Assembly (NCBI GenBank): GCA_038247205.1 | Contig: JBBRVC010000002.1 | Span: forward strand, 1 to 63,743 | DNA length: 63,743 nucleotides | Direction of reading: 5' to 3' | Source of the DNA: Bacteroidales bacterium | Lineage (GTDB): Bacteria > Bacteroidota > Bacteroidia > Bacteroidales > VadinHA17 | Shown here: piece by piece, positions 10,116-21,411 of the stretch | Layout of the letters: each line of letters opens with the position of its first letter | Numbering within the stretch: the first letter of the stretch is position 1 | Made by a program: the position numbers and the translations under genes | Notes under the pieces: model-generated | What the model was told of the DNA's origin: nothing | Database searches by the model: none | The model's input: the letters and a program-made list of their open reading frames with translations, nothing else

Positions 10116-10580
10116 ATGAAACAATTCTCATTTATCTTTTTATTTATTTCTCTGACCATTCTTCCATCCTGTAAGTTTTTCAAGGAAAGAGGCTTATTCA
10201 ATAAAAAAGCCCAGACGCTTGTACTATTAAAAGCACGTCAGGATAGCCTGCGGATAGCAGATTCACTCCGAAATGTTCAGAATCAATTACTTGCGTTGGA
10301 AAATGCGCGGCTCGATTCGATAAACAAGGCTACTGATGAGAAACTGGCACTTTCACGGTATAATATAATTGTTGGGAGTTTCATTACGCATGATTATGCA
10401 GTTGCATATGCTGATCAATATCGCAAAGAAGGTTACGAAACCAAAATTATTCCACTTGAAGGGACTAAGTTCGAATTGGTTGCAGCTGAGTCGTATGAAA
10501 AATTCAGTCAGGCTGTTAGCCGGCTGAATCAGTTTCAGGACACCGTCAATATTGATGCCTGGCTCTATATCAGAGAATAA
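10116..10580 (+). CDS. SPOR-domain lipoprotein
   Basis: Lipoprotein-like signal (FLFISLTILPSC), a coiled segment, then a C-terminal SPOR-like block (YNIIVGSF..YAVAYADQYRKEGYETKIIP...FELVAAESY). Confidence 0.55.
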   Translation: MKQFSFIFLFISLTILPSCKFFKERGLFNKKAQTLVLLKARQDSLRIADSLRNVQNQLLALENARLDSINKATDEKLALSRYNIIVGSFITHDYAVAYADQYRKEGYETKIIPLEGTKFELVAAESYEKFSQAVSRLNQFQDTVNIDAWLYIRE

Positions 10581-10583
10581 AAG

Positions 10584-11849
10584 CTATTTTCTGAATATCG
10601 TTTCTTCACGGTCTGGTCCTACGGAAACCATAGTAACCGGTATTCCTGTGTGTTTCTCCACGAATTCGATATATTTCTTAAGAGCACCGGGCAGATCGTT
10701 GTACTCTTTCAAAGATGAGATATTTTCTTTCCAGCCTTTAAGCTCAGTGTAAACTGGTTTAATTTCCGATTCGCTGCTGTATGGGATTTCTGTACAATCT
10801 TTGCCATCAACATTATAGGAGGTACATACTTTTATGGTATCAAAGCCCGAGAGCACATCAGCTTTGGTCATGAAGAGTTTTGTAATCCCATTAACCATTA
10901 TTGAATACTTCAAAGCCGGCAGATCAAGCCAGCCACAGCGTCTTGGCCGACCAGTTGTTGAGCCGAATTCGCGGCCTATATCTCTTAAACTTGCACCGGT
11001 CTCATCGAATAATTCTGTAGGAAAAGGCCCGCTGCCCACCCTCGTGCAATATGCTTTGAATATGCCGAATATTTCGCCTATTTTTTTTGGAGAGATGCCC
11101 AGACCGGTACATGCTCCCGCACTAATTGTGTTTGATGATGTAACAAAAGGATACGATCCGAAGTCTATGTCAAGCATTGTGCCCTGGGCACCTTCAGCAA
11201 GAATCTTCTTTCCGTTTGAAGAAAGTTCGTTTACAAGATATTCGGTATTGATGATCCTGAATTTTTTCAACATTTCAATTCCTTCAAACCAGCCGGCTTC
11301 ATATTCTTTTATGTCAAAATTGAACTCAAAGGTTTGAAGCATTGAAAGGTGTCTGTTAAGATGAAGTTTATAGATGTCCATAAAATCAGTGCGGTGAATA
11401 TCTCCTACGCGCACGCCGTTGCGAGCCGTCTTATCAGTATAAGCCGGTCCGATTCCCTTAAGGGTAGATCCAATTTTGGCGTTTCCTTTATGTTGCTCAT
11501 ATGCATTATCAAGCATTCTGTGACCGGGAAGTATAAGGTTAGCCCTTGTGGAAATTATAAGTCTTTTGGCAAGTTCGCTAACCGGCGGGCCAAGAGTTTC
11601 TATCTCTTTTTTAAAGACAGCCGGATCAATAACTACTCCATTTCCAATAATATTGATTTTATCGGGATGAAAAATTCCTGATGGAATAAGGTGTAGTACA
11701 TGTTTAACATTATTAAACTCGAGTGAATGACCTGCATTTGGCCCTCCCTGAAACCTGGCTATAATATCATACACAGGACTTAGTGCATCAACTATCTTAC
11801 CCTTTCCTTCATCACCCCATTGCAGGCCTAACAGTATGTCAATGTTCAT
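10584..11849 (-). CDS. purA: adenylosuccinate synthetase
   Basis: Canonical N-terminus LGLQWGDEGKGK, then GPNAGH, GTTGRPRRCGW and a C-terminal VSVGPDREETI. Confidence 0.95.
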   Translation of the reverse strand: MNIDILLGLQWGDEGKGKIVDALSPVYDIIARFQGGPNAGHSLEFNNVKHVLHLIPSGIFHPDKINIIGNGVVIDPAVFKKEIETLGPPVSELAKRLIISTRANLILPGHRMLDNAYEQHKGNAKIGSTLKGIGPAYTDKTARNGVRVGDIHRTDFMDIYKLHLNRHLSMLQTFEFNFDIKEYEAGWFEGIEMLKKFRIINTEYLVNELSSNGKKILAEGAQGTMLDIDFGSYPFVTSSNTISAGACTGLGISPKKIGEIFGIFKAYCTRVGSGPFPTELFDETGASLRDIGREFGSTTGRPRRCGWLDLPALKYSIMVNGITKLFMTKADVLSGFDTIKVCTSYNVDGKDCTEIPYSSESEIKPVYTELKGWKENISSLKEYNDLPGALKKYIEFVEKHTGIPVTMVSVGPDREETIFRK

Positions 11850-12040
11850 ATTAGAGATTTTTCCGTTACTAAAATAAGCGAGTTACAAGTTACAAATTAA
11901 TTCAACATATTACTTTATACTGTAAAGTTTGTTAAAAAATGCGTTTTGCCGCCGGCGGCATAGTGTTTTCGATAATTTGGAAAAATGATTCATAATTCAT
12001 AGTTTTATCCAATCACATAAACTAATATTTATATTAAAAA

Positions 12041-12589
12041 ATGCTTATGAAAAAAATTGTACTCTTATCATTAGCCATGTTGCTGACTTTTGGCTCTTTT
12101 GCACAGGAAAAACCTGTTTCAACCGAAAAAAATGTGTTGAAAGTTAATACTCTTAGCCTTGTTCTTGGAACCGGATCAATCTTTTATGAGCACGGATTTT
12201 CAGACAAAATTTCGGGTCAGCTTGGTCTTGGCTATCTGAACTATGGCAACGACGATAACAGGTTCAGCGGATTATTCATTACACCAGAGCTCAGATTTTA
12301 TCCTAAAGCCAATGCTATAGATGGTATGTATATTGCTCCTTATCTGAGATATCAGAATCTGACAGTTAAGGTTGATCCAGATAAAGCATCTCTTACCAAT
12401 TTCGGTGGTGGTCTGGCTTTTGGAAGACAGTGGATAACTAACTCCGGTTTCACAATGGACCTGTTTTTCGGAGGTCATTATACAAGCGCAAGTCTTGATG
12501 TTAAAAGCGGAAGTGAATCAACTTTTAATATCGGCGCTTTCGATGGTTTCGGAGTCAGGGTTGGTTTTGCCCTTGGTTTCGGATTCTAA
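12041..12589 (+). CDS. small outer-membrane beta-barrel protein (DUF3575-like)
   Basis: Signal peptide ending FGSFAQE, alternating amphipathic strands, and a C-terminal GFALGFGF aromatic terminus. Confidence 0.5.
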   Translation: MLMKKIVLLSLAMLLTFGSFAQEKPVSTEKNVLKVNTLSLVLGTGSIFYEHGFSDKISGQLGLGYLNYGNDDNRFSGLFITPELRFYPKANAIDGMYIAPYLRYQNLTVKVDPDKASLTNFGGGLAFGRQWITNSGFTMDLFFGGHYTSASLDVKSGSESTFNIGAFDGFGVRVGFALGFGF

Positions 12590-12609
12590 GACTTCATGTT
12601 CATAAATAG

Positions 12610-12636
12610 AGCTGTACCATTTGGACAGCTTTTTTA
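12610..12636. terminator. hairpin plus T-run between convergent genes
   Basis: AGCTGT-ACCATTTGG-ACAGCT followed by TTTTTT. It sits between the stops at 12589 (+) and 12648 (-). Confidence 0.6.
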
Positions 12637-12647
12637 TGAAACCTTAT

Positions 12648-13118
12648 TCATTCTTTAACTCTGATATTACCATAAATATACAGTGAATGATATACTGCAG
12701 TAAAATTATGCAGTTCACTTGCTGTCTTAATAATTTCATTTATCCGTGGATCGCAGAACTCAATCACCTTCCCGGTCTCAATATCAATAAGATGATCATG
12801 CTGGCTGCACTGATAGGCTTTTTCAAATTGCGCGATATTTTTTCCAAACTGATGCTTTATCACAAGATTACAATCGAGAAGCAGTTCAATAGTATTATAT
12901 AGAGTAGCTCTGCTTACCCTGTAATTTTTGTTTTTCATAAAAATGTAAAGTGATTCAATGTCGAAATGACCTGCTCTGGAATATATTTCGTCAAGAATCG
13001 CATACCTTTCGGGTGTTTTTCTGTGGCCCTTCTTTTCAAGATATTCAGTGAAGATTTTCTTAACTGTCGACCTGGTGTCATCACTAATCATATCGGGACT
13101 TATTAAATAGAATAACAA
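12648..13118 (-). CDS. Fur-family transcriptional regulator
   Basis: Winged-helix segment ([14 protein letters not shown]...[22 protein letters not shown]) and a C-terminal HDHLID..C motif. The start may be the internal Met at 13091. Confidence 0.7.
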   Translation of the reverse strand: MLFYLISPDMISDDTRSTVKKIFTEYLEKKGHRKTPERYAILDEIYSRAGHFDIESLYIFMKNKNYRVSRATLYNTIELLLDCNLVIKHQFGKNIAQFEKAYQCSQHDHLIDIETGKVIEFCDPRINEIIKTASELHNFTAVYHSLYIYGNIRVKE

Positions 13119-13165
13119 AAATAGGTATTTTTTTGTTATTACTATGATTAAGAGATTGGTAAAAA

Positions 13166-15451
13166 TTAATTTGAGAAATCCTCTACCCTCTTTACGTTAT
13201 CGATACCTTTTATGTTCGATATTTTAAGGATGAGATTGTTAAGATCCTTTGTATGATGAACATACAGATCAATTGTCCCTTCAAAAATTCCGTTCTTTAC
13301 AGAGATATTTATGTTGGTCATGTTAACCTTAAGTTCTGAAGAAATAATATTTGTTATATCATTTACAAGACCAATTCTGTCTATACCCGTCATACTTATC
13401 CTGGCCAGAAATGAAACCAGTTTGTGAATTGCCCATTTGACAGCAATTATTCTGTTACCTTCATTGGACATTATCCTGATCGCAATGGGGCATTTGGGTT
13501 TATGAATAATTATTGGACCGTCAGGAGATCTGTATCCCGTAACTTCATCACCCGGAATAGGATTACAGCATTTAGCTATCTCGTATGACTGTTCTGCATT
13601 ATTTACATTTTCTCTCAGAAGGAACGGGGCGCTTCTGTCTATCTCTTCTTCAGGCGGACCTGTTGTCTCTTTTATTCCTTTTTTAAGTCCTATTAATTTC
13701 AGGTCCCAGTATTTGATTACATCTTTCGAAAGGTTTTTCTTAACTATCTTTTTTAAATTATCAAGATTAATAGTGCCTGCGTCAATTCCAAGGTATAGCT
13801 CGTCCTTATTAAGAACCTCATACGCCAGAATCAATTTTTTCAGGATCTCTGAATTTGGTGTTACACCCAGTTCATTTAGCTTTGATTCGAGAATTTCCAT
13901 CCCATTTTGCAGACGATCCTTTGTCTGGATTTTAAGAACGTTCATTATTGATTCCTTAGCCTTGGAAGTGCGGACGAATGAGAGCCATTCTTTTTCAGGT
14001 TTGGCAATATCTGAGGTTATAACCTCTACCTGGTCTCCGCTCATGAGAACAGCATTAATCGGATTTAATTTATAGTTTATTTTTGCGCCGATGGCCTTAT
14101 TTCCAATTTCTGTGTGTATTTCATATGCGAAATCCAGTACAGTCGCACCCTTTGGCAGGCTAACGAGTGTTCCCTTTGGAGTAAAAACCATTATCTCCGA
14201 CGAAAACAGATTCATTTTAAACTCGTCGAGAAACTCAATCGGGTCTTCAAGGGGATTCTCAAGCATGAGTCTGATCTTTTTAATCCACTTGTCCAGTTCA
14301 CTCTCCTGGGAGTCATCACCTTTATATTTCCAGTGAGCAGCGTAACCTCTCTCGGCTATCTCATCCATTCGTTTGCTTCTGATCTGCACTTCTACCCAGT
14401 TACCTTCAGGTCCCATCACAGTTACATGCAATGCCTCGTAACCATTTGGTTTTGGCCTGCTTACCCAGTCTCTCAACCGGTCGGGTTTTGGCAGGTATGA
14501 ATCAGTTATAATAGAATAAATATTCCAGCACTGTGTCTTCTCGGGAATTCCCTGGATCGGCTCAAAAACTATCCTTACAGCAAGAACATCATAAACCTCC
14601 TCGAAAGGAACATTTTTTGCCTGCATCTTCTTCCAGATGGAAAAAATTGATTTGGGACGACCGCTGATATCAAATACAAGACCCGTCTCTGTTAGTTTAT
14701 CAATTATCGGAAGTGAGAATTTATTGATAAGCGAAATATATTTCTTTTCACTATGCCTTAGCTTACCTGCGATTTCATCGTATATCTGCGGTTGCCTGAA
14801 CTTGAAACTCAGATCTTCCAGTTCACTCTTTATGGCATATAATCCAAGTCTGTTAGCCAATGGGGCGTAAAGAAAGATTGTTTCGCCTGCAACTTTCATT
14901 TTTTTATGCTCAGGCATGGAATCAAGAGTCCTCATATTATGAAGCCTGTCGGCTATCTTAATTAGAATTACCCTTAAGTCATCGGAAAGTGTGAGCAGCA
15001 TCTTCCTGAAATTCTCAGCCTGCAGCGATGAGGAATTCTCTTTATTATAGGTGCCTGATATTTTTGTGAGTCCATCAATTAGGGAAGCTATTTTCGGATC
15101 AAAATCTCTTCTTACATCATCAAGGGAATATTCCGTATCTTCAACAACATCATGCAATAAAGCCACGGTTATTGACCGGGCACCAAGTCCAATCTCCTGG
15201 TTTACAATTTTCGCAACGGAAATAGGATGAACAACATATGGCTCACCCGATTTCCGCCTCATGTTCCAGTGAGCTTCATTTGCTATTTTAAAGGCCTTAT
15301 CAATAAGCTCGAGATCACCGGGTTTGTTACACCTCAGGAGGTTTTTTACAAGTGAATCATATTCAAATTGAATACGTTCCGCATCTTCATTATCAAAAAT
15401 ATCCTTGTTACCCATAAAAGTATCAGAAGCATTTTCCTTAACAGGATGCAA
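13166..15451 (-). CDS. spoT: bifunctional (p)ppGpp synthetase/hydrolase (RelA/SpoT homologue)
   Basis: HD hydrolase motif ([15 protein letters not shown]), synthetase block ([27 protein letters not shown]), a TGS segment and a C-terminal ACT-like segment. Confidence 0.9.
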   Translation of the reverse strand: MHPVKENASDTFMGNKDIFDNEDAERIQFEYDSLVKNLLRCNKPGDLELIDKAFKIANEAHWNMRRKSGEPYVVHPISVAKIVNQEIGLGARSITVALLHDVVEDTEYSLDDVRRDFDPKIASLIDGLTKISGTYNKENSSSLQAENFRKMLLTLSDDLRVILIKIADRLHNMRTLDSMPEHKKMKVAGETIFLYAPLANRLGLYAIKSELEDLSFKFRQPQIYDEIAGKLRHSEKKYISLINKFSLPIIDKLTETGLVFDISGRPKSIFSIWKKMQAKNVPFEEVYDVLAVRIVFEPIQGIPEKTQCWNIYSIITDSYLPKPDRLRDWVSRPKPNGYEALHVTVMGPEGNWVEVQIRSKRMDEIAERGYAAHWKYKGDDSQESELDKWIKKIRLMLENPLEDPIEFLDEFKMNLFSSEIMVFTPKGTLVSLPKGATVLDFAYEIHTEIGNKAIGAKINYKLNPINAVLMSGDQVEVITSDIAKPEKEWLSFVRTSKAKESIMNVLKIQTKDRLQNGMEILESKLNELGVTPNSEILKKLILAYEVLNKDELYLGIDAGTINLDNLKKIVKKNLSKDVIKYWDLKLIGLKKGIKETTGPPEEEIDRSAPFLLRENVNNAEQSYEIAKCCNPIPGDEVTGYRSPDGPIIIHKPKCPIAIRIMSNEGNRIIAVKWAIHKLVSFLARISMTGIDRIGLVNDITNIISSELKVNMTNINISVKNGIFEGTIDLYVHHTKDLNNLILKISNIKGIDNVKRVEDFSN

Positions 15452-15509
15452 ATATAGCTTTATATATACAAATTTCGTACAATATCAGGCAGAACCGGGA
15501 GGTGATTTC

Positions 15510-16997
15510 TTACCTGACCCGTACAATTGTTACTGTTCCTGTTCTTGTTACCGATTTCCCGGAAGGTCCTATGGCCTTAAGAAACCATAGATATACATCC
15601 TGAGGTAATGGACTTCCGTTCAGTGATCCGTCCCACTCTTCTGAATCACTTTTACTCTCAAATACAGTCTTGCCTTTTCTATCGCTGATAACCAAATGAT
15701 AATTTCCAGGAATAAAGGATAATACAGGTTTGAACTTATCATTTACCATGTCCCCATCGGGGGTAAAGAGATTAGGCACGGTAATAATTTCCGTGGTGGC
15801 AGAACATTTTACCGCAGAGCTGCTTTCACTATTTACTCCTCTCGGATTCCCGTTTTCAACAGCAATAATCCGGAAGCATACCTCGTTGCCGGTTATCCTG
15901 TACATAATTTCTGAATAACTGATCATATACATAGTGTCGGCCGGTGATGTTATTGAAAGCTGCTCGTAACCGTCACCTGTTTTAACAAATAGCTTATAAT
16001 TTTCAAGTGAACCCAGCCAGCCTCTGTATGCATTCCACGTAAGGTTAATAACATCACCCACTCTGGCAAGCGATAATACCATATTCGATGATACAGTTGA
16101 GCTGGTAACCGGAATATTGCAATTATTTATTGCAGAAAGCCTGTAAAAATGGACTGTGTTCACATCAGCTTCATTATCAATATATTGTATTTTCCCGTTG
16201 TTTTGGGAGAGTGTTGCAATAGGTTGAAATGGTACGGACCACCCATTTTTTCTTTCCAGTAGGAAGTTTGTAATCTCTGAAAAAGGATCAATTGTATAGG
16301 ATATTGATATCTTATTATCCTCATTTACTGTGACATAATCGGAGCTGATCCAATCCGGGGGTCTTTGCATATCGGTTGAAAGACAACTTATATTTGAAGC
16401 AGAAATCCCTCCGCCATCAAGAATTGCCTTTACCATAAAACAATATTCTGTGTCAGTTTCAAACTCTGAAAGAGTAAGATTGGTAATCCTTGCATCCACG
16501 GGTAAAACCTCTGTTACGGAAGTTCCATTCCTGGTTATATGCAAATCATACTTTAAGACAGATTTCGGATAATCAGGATATATATTCCATTTTATCTGGA
16601 TTTCTCTTTTGCAGGTATCGATTTCGGGACTGCAGAAAATTGTATTTATTGAATTTGAAAGAGGGCTTTCACAATCAGGCAGCCTTAATGCTGATACTAC
16701 GTACGAGAGGCTGAAATACTTTGATGCGGTTGTGATGTAGCTATAAGTTGTGGCTTCCGGGTCCCATAATGTGTCAAGGGGCATTCCGTCTCCGTTTTCA
16801 AATGTGTAGATGATATAGGCTGCAACGCCTGAAGAAGGGCTGAGTTCCCAGTTTAATTCCGTCCTTCCGTTTGCGGGATTTACAGATACAGCCAGAAGCG
16901 TCGGGGATAGGGGCACAGTACAAACAGTCTGAGCTTCACAAACAAGTGAATAACTGATAAGAAAAGTTAAAATAATTGATTTATACCATTTTTTCAT
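15510..16997 (-). CDS. secreted repeat protein with T9SS type-B (gliding-motility-associated) C-terminal sorting domain
   Basis: Signal peptide, Ig/FN3-like repeats, and a C-terminal VPNLFTPDGDMVNDKFKP...GTVTIVR block characteristic of the type-B CTD. Its start overlaps the upstream stop by 4 nt (ATGA). Confidence 0.7.
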   Translation of the reverse strand: MKKWYKSIILTFLISYSLVCEAQTVCTVPLSPTLLAVSVNPANGRTELNWELSPSSGVAAYIIYTFENGDGMPLDTLWDPEATTYSYITTASKYFSLSYVVSALRLPDCESPLSNSINTIFCSPEIDTCKREIQIKWNIYPDYPKSVLKYDLHITRNGTSVTEVLPVDARITNLTLSEFETDTEYCFMVKAILDGGGISASNISCLSTDMQRPPDWISSDYVTVNEDNKISISYTIDPFSEITNFLLERKNGWSVPFQPIATLSQNNGKIQYIDNEADVNTVHFYRLSAINNCNIPVTSSTVSSNMVLSLARVGDVINLTWNAYRGWLGSLENYKLFVKTGDGYEQLSITSPADTMYMISYSEIMYRITGNEVCFRIIAVENGNPRGVNSESSSAVKCSATTEIITVPNLFTPDGDMVNDKFKPVLSFIPGNYHLVISDRKGKTVFESKSDSEEWDGSLNGSPLPQDVYLWFLKAIGPSGKSVTRTGTVTIVRVR

Positions 16998-18274
16998 AAA
17001 TCACCGGCGGTAATTTCATATAGATCTTCCAGCTTGTAATACGTTGAAGCCAGTGCAATTATTTCGTCAGGGGTGATTGTTTTAATCTTTTCTGACAACC
17101 TGTAATAATAAGAATAGTCAAGGCCGAATTCCCATACTGACTTAAAACTGTCTGCGCAGGCAAATGGTCCGTCAAACATTCTTATCAGATCACCCAGCAT
17201 ATAGTTCTGCACAACCTCCAGTTCATCCTTTTTTACGGGTTCCCTGTGCAATAATTCTATTTCTTTATATATCTCGTCAATAGCCTTGCGGGTATTGTTT
17301 ATTCCAACATCGGTTGAAATGACCTTATAACCTGAAAGATCCAAAGAGGTGACATAAGATCCGATGCCATATGTAAAACCTTTATCTTCCCTGATATTTT
17401 TCATAAGTCGTGATCCGAAATATCCCCCAATAATTGCATCCAGCACCTTTAATCCCGGATAATCAGGATGTCTTTTATTAATTGTATCTGATCCGATCCT
17501 GACTGAACATTGAGTCGATCCTGAGTGACGAATGTGAACCTTCTTTTTAGTACTTCCTTTTAGCTTATTGCCCGGGTCTTCGATGTATATATTTGGTGAT
17601 GATAAACTTCCGAATAATCTGTTAATAATTGTTACTGCATTTTCCGGAATTTTACCTGAAATTATTATTGCCATATTTTCTGCTTTGTAGTATTTCTGAT
17701 GAAAATCCTTCAATACCAATGCAGTCATGTTTTCAAAATCTTCAACGACAAATTTCCTTCCGTAAGGATGATGTTTTCCAAAAACTGATTCAAAAAACTG
17801 ATCCATTGCGAGATTTTGAACCTTTTCCTTGTTAACACGAAACCAATTCAGTCTCTTATTCATTAATGCTCTGAGCTCATTCTCAGGAAAGAGTGGTTTG
17901 AATAGTATTTCGGCGGCCAGTTCAAGGACTTTTTCAATATGTTTATTAAGGATATATATAACAAGACCTGCATTGTCTTTCTCAGTATACAGATTAATAA
18001 ATGAACCGTAAAAATCAATCAACTCTTTTAATTCGATTGCTGAATAGTTTTCTGATCCGTCTGTAAGCATCTGGTTTGTTGTTGAAGCAAGAAGGGGCAG
18101 ATATTCGTTAACCTGGCCGGCTTTAAAGGTAAATTCAACCCTCACTATATCTTCAGTTCCGGATTCGATAAGGTAGACCGGGATTTCGTTATCAAGTCTT
18201 ACTGACAGGTCTTTTGGAATCAATGGATCACCAATATGATAAACAAGAGGTTGTATTCTCTGGAGTTCGTTCAT
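16994..18274 (-). CDS. M16-family peptidase, non-catalytic partner subunit
   Basis: Insulinase-like fold pattern without HxxEH. It is translationally coupled to the catalytic M16 gene upstream by a 4-nt overlap. Confidence 0.7.
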   Translation of the reverse strand: MNELQRIQPLVYHIGDPLIPKDLSVRLDNEIPVYLIESGTEDIVRVEFTFKAGQVNEYLPLLASTTNQMLTDGSENYSAIELKELIDFYGSFINLYTEKDNAGLVIYILNKHIEKVLELAAEILFKPLFPENELRALMNKRLNWFRVNKEKVQNLAMDQFFESVFGKHHPYGRKFVVEDFENMTALVLKDFHQKYYKAENMAIIISGKIPENAVTIINRLFGSLSSPNIYIEDPGNKLKGSTKKKVHIRHSGSTQCSVRIGSDTINKRHPDYPGLKVLDAIIGGYFGSRLMKNIREDKGFTYGIGSYVTSLDLSGYKVISTDVGINNTRKAIDEIYKEIELLHREPVKKDELEVVQNYMLGDLIRMFDGPFACADSFKSVWEFGLDYSYYYRLSEKIKTITPDEIIALASTYYKLEDLYEITAGDL

Positions 18275-19521
18275 TTTTTGTTATTTCTGGTTGATTTGTA
18301 GTAAAGTGTGCTGCAGTTAGAATCGGTCAGGAATTTTTGTGTGGTTTCTATAACCAGCTTCTGATCTGTTTTTCTGAACATTTCAACTTCCGTATTTATC
18401 CTTTCAGGATCGCCAAGTAACTCGTAAAGAGCAAGATTTACCGCTTTGTTCAGAATACTTGTGTAAGAAAATACAAGGGATGACTCATACCTGTTTTTTA
18501 CTTTTTCAAGTTCTCTTTCATCGGTTATATTCTCTTTCAAATCGCTGATAACTTTGTTAACCTCTTCTTCACCATTCTGAATATCAACACCATCCATAAG
18601 TTTTCCATGCAATATTATTAATCCGGGATCGGAGTCTGAGGTTATGTAGGCATTGATATCGCTGAACAGTTTCTTGTCTCTGACCAGCCTGTTATATAGC
18701 CTGCCCGACTCTCCTCCTGCCAGCAGGTCGGTTATAAGGTCAAGAGCATAAAAATCAGGATCATTTCGCTTTCCGGTGTGCCACACTTTATATAATGCAT
18801 TTGCAGGAACATCTCTTTCTATTGTGATTCTTCTTTCACTTTGTTGCTCCGGTTCTGGGGGAAGGTTCCTTTTGTCAATATTCCTACTTTCAATTGGTCC
18901 GAACCATTTTTGTGCAAGGCTTAAAGCTTTGTCGGGAGTAATGTTTCCGGTTATTGTAAGTATCGCTGAATTTGGGGCATAATGTGAATAGAAGAATTTT
19001 GTAATAGTATGAAGGTCAGTGTTTTCAATATGAGAAATATCCATTCCGATAGTTGGCCACCGGTATGGGTGTACTTTGTAAGCCAATGGCCTTAACTTAA
19101 GAATAGCGTCACCGTAGGGCTGGTTAAGATACCGTTGATTAAACTCCTCAATCACTACTTTTTTTTGAGTGTCAAGGCTTGATTGAGAGAAATCGAGTGC
19201 CAGCATACGGTCTGATTCCAGCCAGAATCCGGTTTCGATATTTGATGCAGGAAGTGTGAGATAATAATTTGTTATGTCATTGTTTGTGAAAGCATTGTTT
19301 TCTCCCCCTGCCAACTGAAGGGGGCCATCAAAATCAGGAACATTTACAGATCCGCCAAACATCAGATGTTCAAAGAGGTGGGCAAGGCCTGTTGCAGAAG
19401 GATCTTCGTCCCTCGAGCCGACGTCATACAAGATGTTTAAAGCAACAAGTGGAGTTGACCTGTCTTCATGCACCAGGACTTTTAAGCCGTTTTCAAGAGA
19501 AAATCTGCTATATTTTATCAT
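18271..19521 (-). CDS. M16-family zinc peptidase (insulinase-like)
   Basis: Inverted zinc motif HLFEHLMF near the N-terminus, followed by the NAFT..D.T.Y pattern. Confidence 0.85.
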   Translation of the reverse strand: MIKYSRFSLENGLKVLVHEDRSTPLVALNILYDVGSRDEDPSATGLAHLFEHLMFGGSVNVPDFDGPLQLAGGENNAFTNNDITNYYLTLPASNIETGFWLESDRMLALDFSQSSLDTQKKVVIEEFNQRYLNQPYGDAILKLRPLAYKVHPYRWPTIGMDISHIENTDLHTITKFFYSHYAPNSAILTITGNITPDKALSLAQKWFGPIESRNIDKRNLPPEPEQQSERRITIERDVPANALYKVWHTGKRNDPDFYALDLITDLLAGGESGRLYNRLVRDKKLFSDINAYITSDSDPGLIILHGKLMDGVDIQNGEEEVNKVISDLKENITDERELEKVKNRYESSLVFSYTSILNKAVNLALYELLGDPERINTEVEMFRKTDQKLVIETTQKFLTDSNCSTLYYKSTRNNKK

Positions 19522-19635
19522 ATTGAATGATCTGTATTGATACTAAACGGTTAATAAAACATGTTGGTTAAATCTTGAGACAAACTTACTTAAAAAACAG
19601 GGAAGCATAAGTAATGTTTTTATATTTGCACCATC

Positions 19636-21411
19636 ATGTTTCAGAATCGATTCTTAAAGAAGATATTTAATCTGCGTGCGATTGATTTCGACCAGGTTAA
19701 ACTTATATACATTCTGAGTTTTGTTGTCGGTTTGCTTAGTGCACTTGCTGCTGCCATACTTAAGAATGCTTTACATTTTACCAATCAGATAGTGACAGGT
19801 GGAATAACCAGGGAATCGGGAAGTTACCTGTATCTTGTGTATCCCGTTATTGGTATGCTTCTTACATTGATCTTTGTAAGATATTTAGTGAAAGATAAAA
19901 TCGGTCACGGCATTAGCCGGGTACTTTTTGCTATCTCAAAAAGGAAAGGTTACATAAAGGCACATAACACATGGACCTCAATATTAGCTAGCACCCTCAC
20001 AATTGGACTCGGAGGTTCAGTAGGAGCAGAGGCACCCATCGTACTGACAGGATCCTCAATCGGGTCCGCCATCGGACGATTCTTCAAACTTAATTACAGA
20101 AGTATTACATTATTAATTGGTTGCGGAGCAGCAGGGGCTGTATCAGGAATTTTTAAAGCACCTATCGCCGGAATAGTCTTTACGCTGGAGATTCTGATGC
20201 TCGACTTGACAATATCATCTATAGTTCCATTACTGATATCGTCTGTCACAGCTGCAACAGTTGCATATTTCCTGATGGGAGACAAGGTACTTTTTACCTT
20301 CAATGTTACCGAGGCGTTTCTGATCTCAAATATCCCATGGTATCTGTTGCTTGGAGTAATTTCGGGATTTATTTCACTCTATTTTTCGAAGATGACCTTA
20401 TTTCTTGAAGGAAGCTACGACAAGATAAAAAATGTCTTTGTGCGGTTAATGATCGGAGGTTTGGTGCTTGGCGGACTTATTTATCTGTTTCCGCCCTTTT
20501 ATGGTGAGGGCTATGATACTATAATGTTACTTCTTCAGGGGAATACCGAATCAGTTTTGGGAGATAGTATTTTAGGTCAATTATCTGAAAATTATTATGT
20601 TATCATCCTTTTCATGCTTGGGCTGGTACTTCTCAAAGTAATTGCAAGCAGCTCGACAAACGGGGCAGGTGGGGTAGGAGGTATTTTTGCCCCCACGTTG
20701 TTTATAGGTGGCGTTAATGGTTTTTTTGTTGCAAGTCTGCTTAACCGGTTTTTTGGTGCAGGGATTCCCGATAACCGCTTCGTACTTGTTGGGATGGCAG
20801 GAATGATGGCAGGTGTAATGCACGCACCTCTTACAGCAATATTCCTGATCGCCGAAATTACCGGAGGGTATGATCTGCTCATCCCTCTGATTATAACCTC
20901 AACTGTGGCTTACATAACCGTAAGAAGTTTTGAAAAGCACTCAATATATCATGTTCAGCTCGCAAAAAGAGGTGAGTTGATAACCCACGATAAAGACAAG
21001 GCGGTACTTACTTTCATGGATTGGCGCAAAGAAATTGAAACTGAGCTTATCACCGTAAAAGGTACAGATACATTGGGAGACCTGGTTAAAGCTATTGCAA
21101 AATCAAAACGGAATCTGTTCCCGGTGGTCGATAAGTATAATATTCTCGAAGGTGTTGTATCTCTTGACGACGTGCGGGAAATAATGTTCAAATATGAGCT
21201 GTATGATTCAGTTTTTATGAAAGATATTATGACAATTCCTCCCTCATACATCGACCGAAGGGAGAATATTGAAACTGTAATGGAGACATTCAGGAAAACA
21301 GATGCATGGAACCTTCCAGTACTTGATTCGGGTTACTACGTGGGATTTTTATCGAAATCAAGAATATATGCAACATACCGTGAATTATTGATAGAGTTTT
21401 CTGAAGAATAG
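19636..21411 (+). CDS. ClC-type chloride channel with C-terminal CBS pair
   Basis: ClC selectivity motifs GGSVGAEAP, GIFKAPIAG and GGIFAPTL, multiple TM helices, and a CBS-like C-terminal ~140 aa. Confidence 0.85.
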   Translation: MFQNRFLKKIFNLRAIDFDQVKLIYILSFVVGLLSALAAAILKNALHFTNQIVTGGITRESGSYLYLVYPVIGMLLTLIFVRYLVKDKIGHGISRVLFAISKRKGYIKAHNTWTSILASTLTIGLGGSVGAEAPIVLTGSSIGSAIGRFFKLNYRSITLLIGCGAAGAVSGIFKAPIAGIVFTLEILMLDLTISSIVPLLISSVTAATVAYFLMGDKVLFTFNVTEAFLISNIPWYLLLGVISGFISLYFSKMTLFLEGSYDKIKNVFVRLMIGGLVLGGLIYLFPPFYGEGYDTIMLLLQGNTESVLGDSILGQLSENYYVIILFMLGLVLLKVIASSSTNGAGGVGGIFAPTLFIGGVNGFFVASLLNRFFGAGIPDNRFVLVGMAGMMAGVMHAPLTAIFLIAEITGGYDLLIPLIITSTVAYITVRSFEKHSIYHVQLAKRGELITHDKDKAVLTFMDWRKEIETELITVKGTDTLGDLVKAIAKSKRNLFPVVDKYNILEGVVSLDDVREIMFKYELYDSVFMKDIMTIPPSYIDRRENIETVMETFRKTDAWNLPVLDSGYYVGFLSKSRIYATYRELLIEFSEE

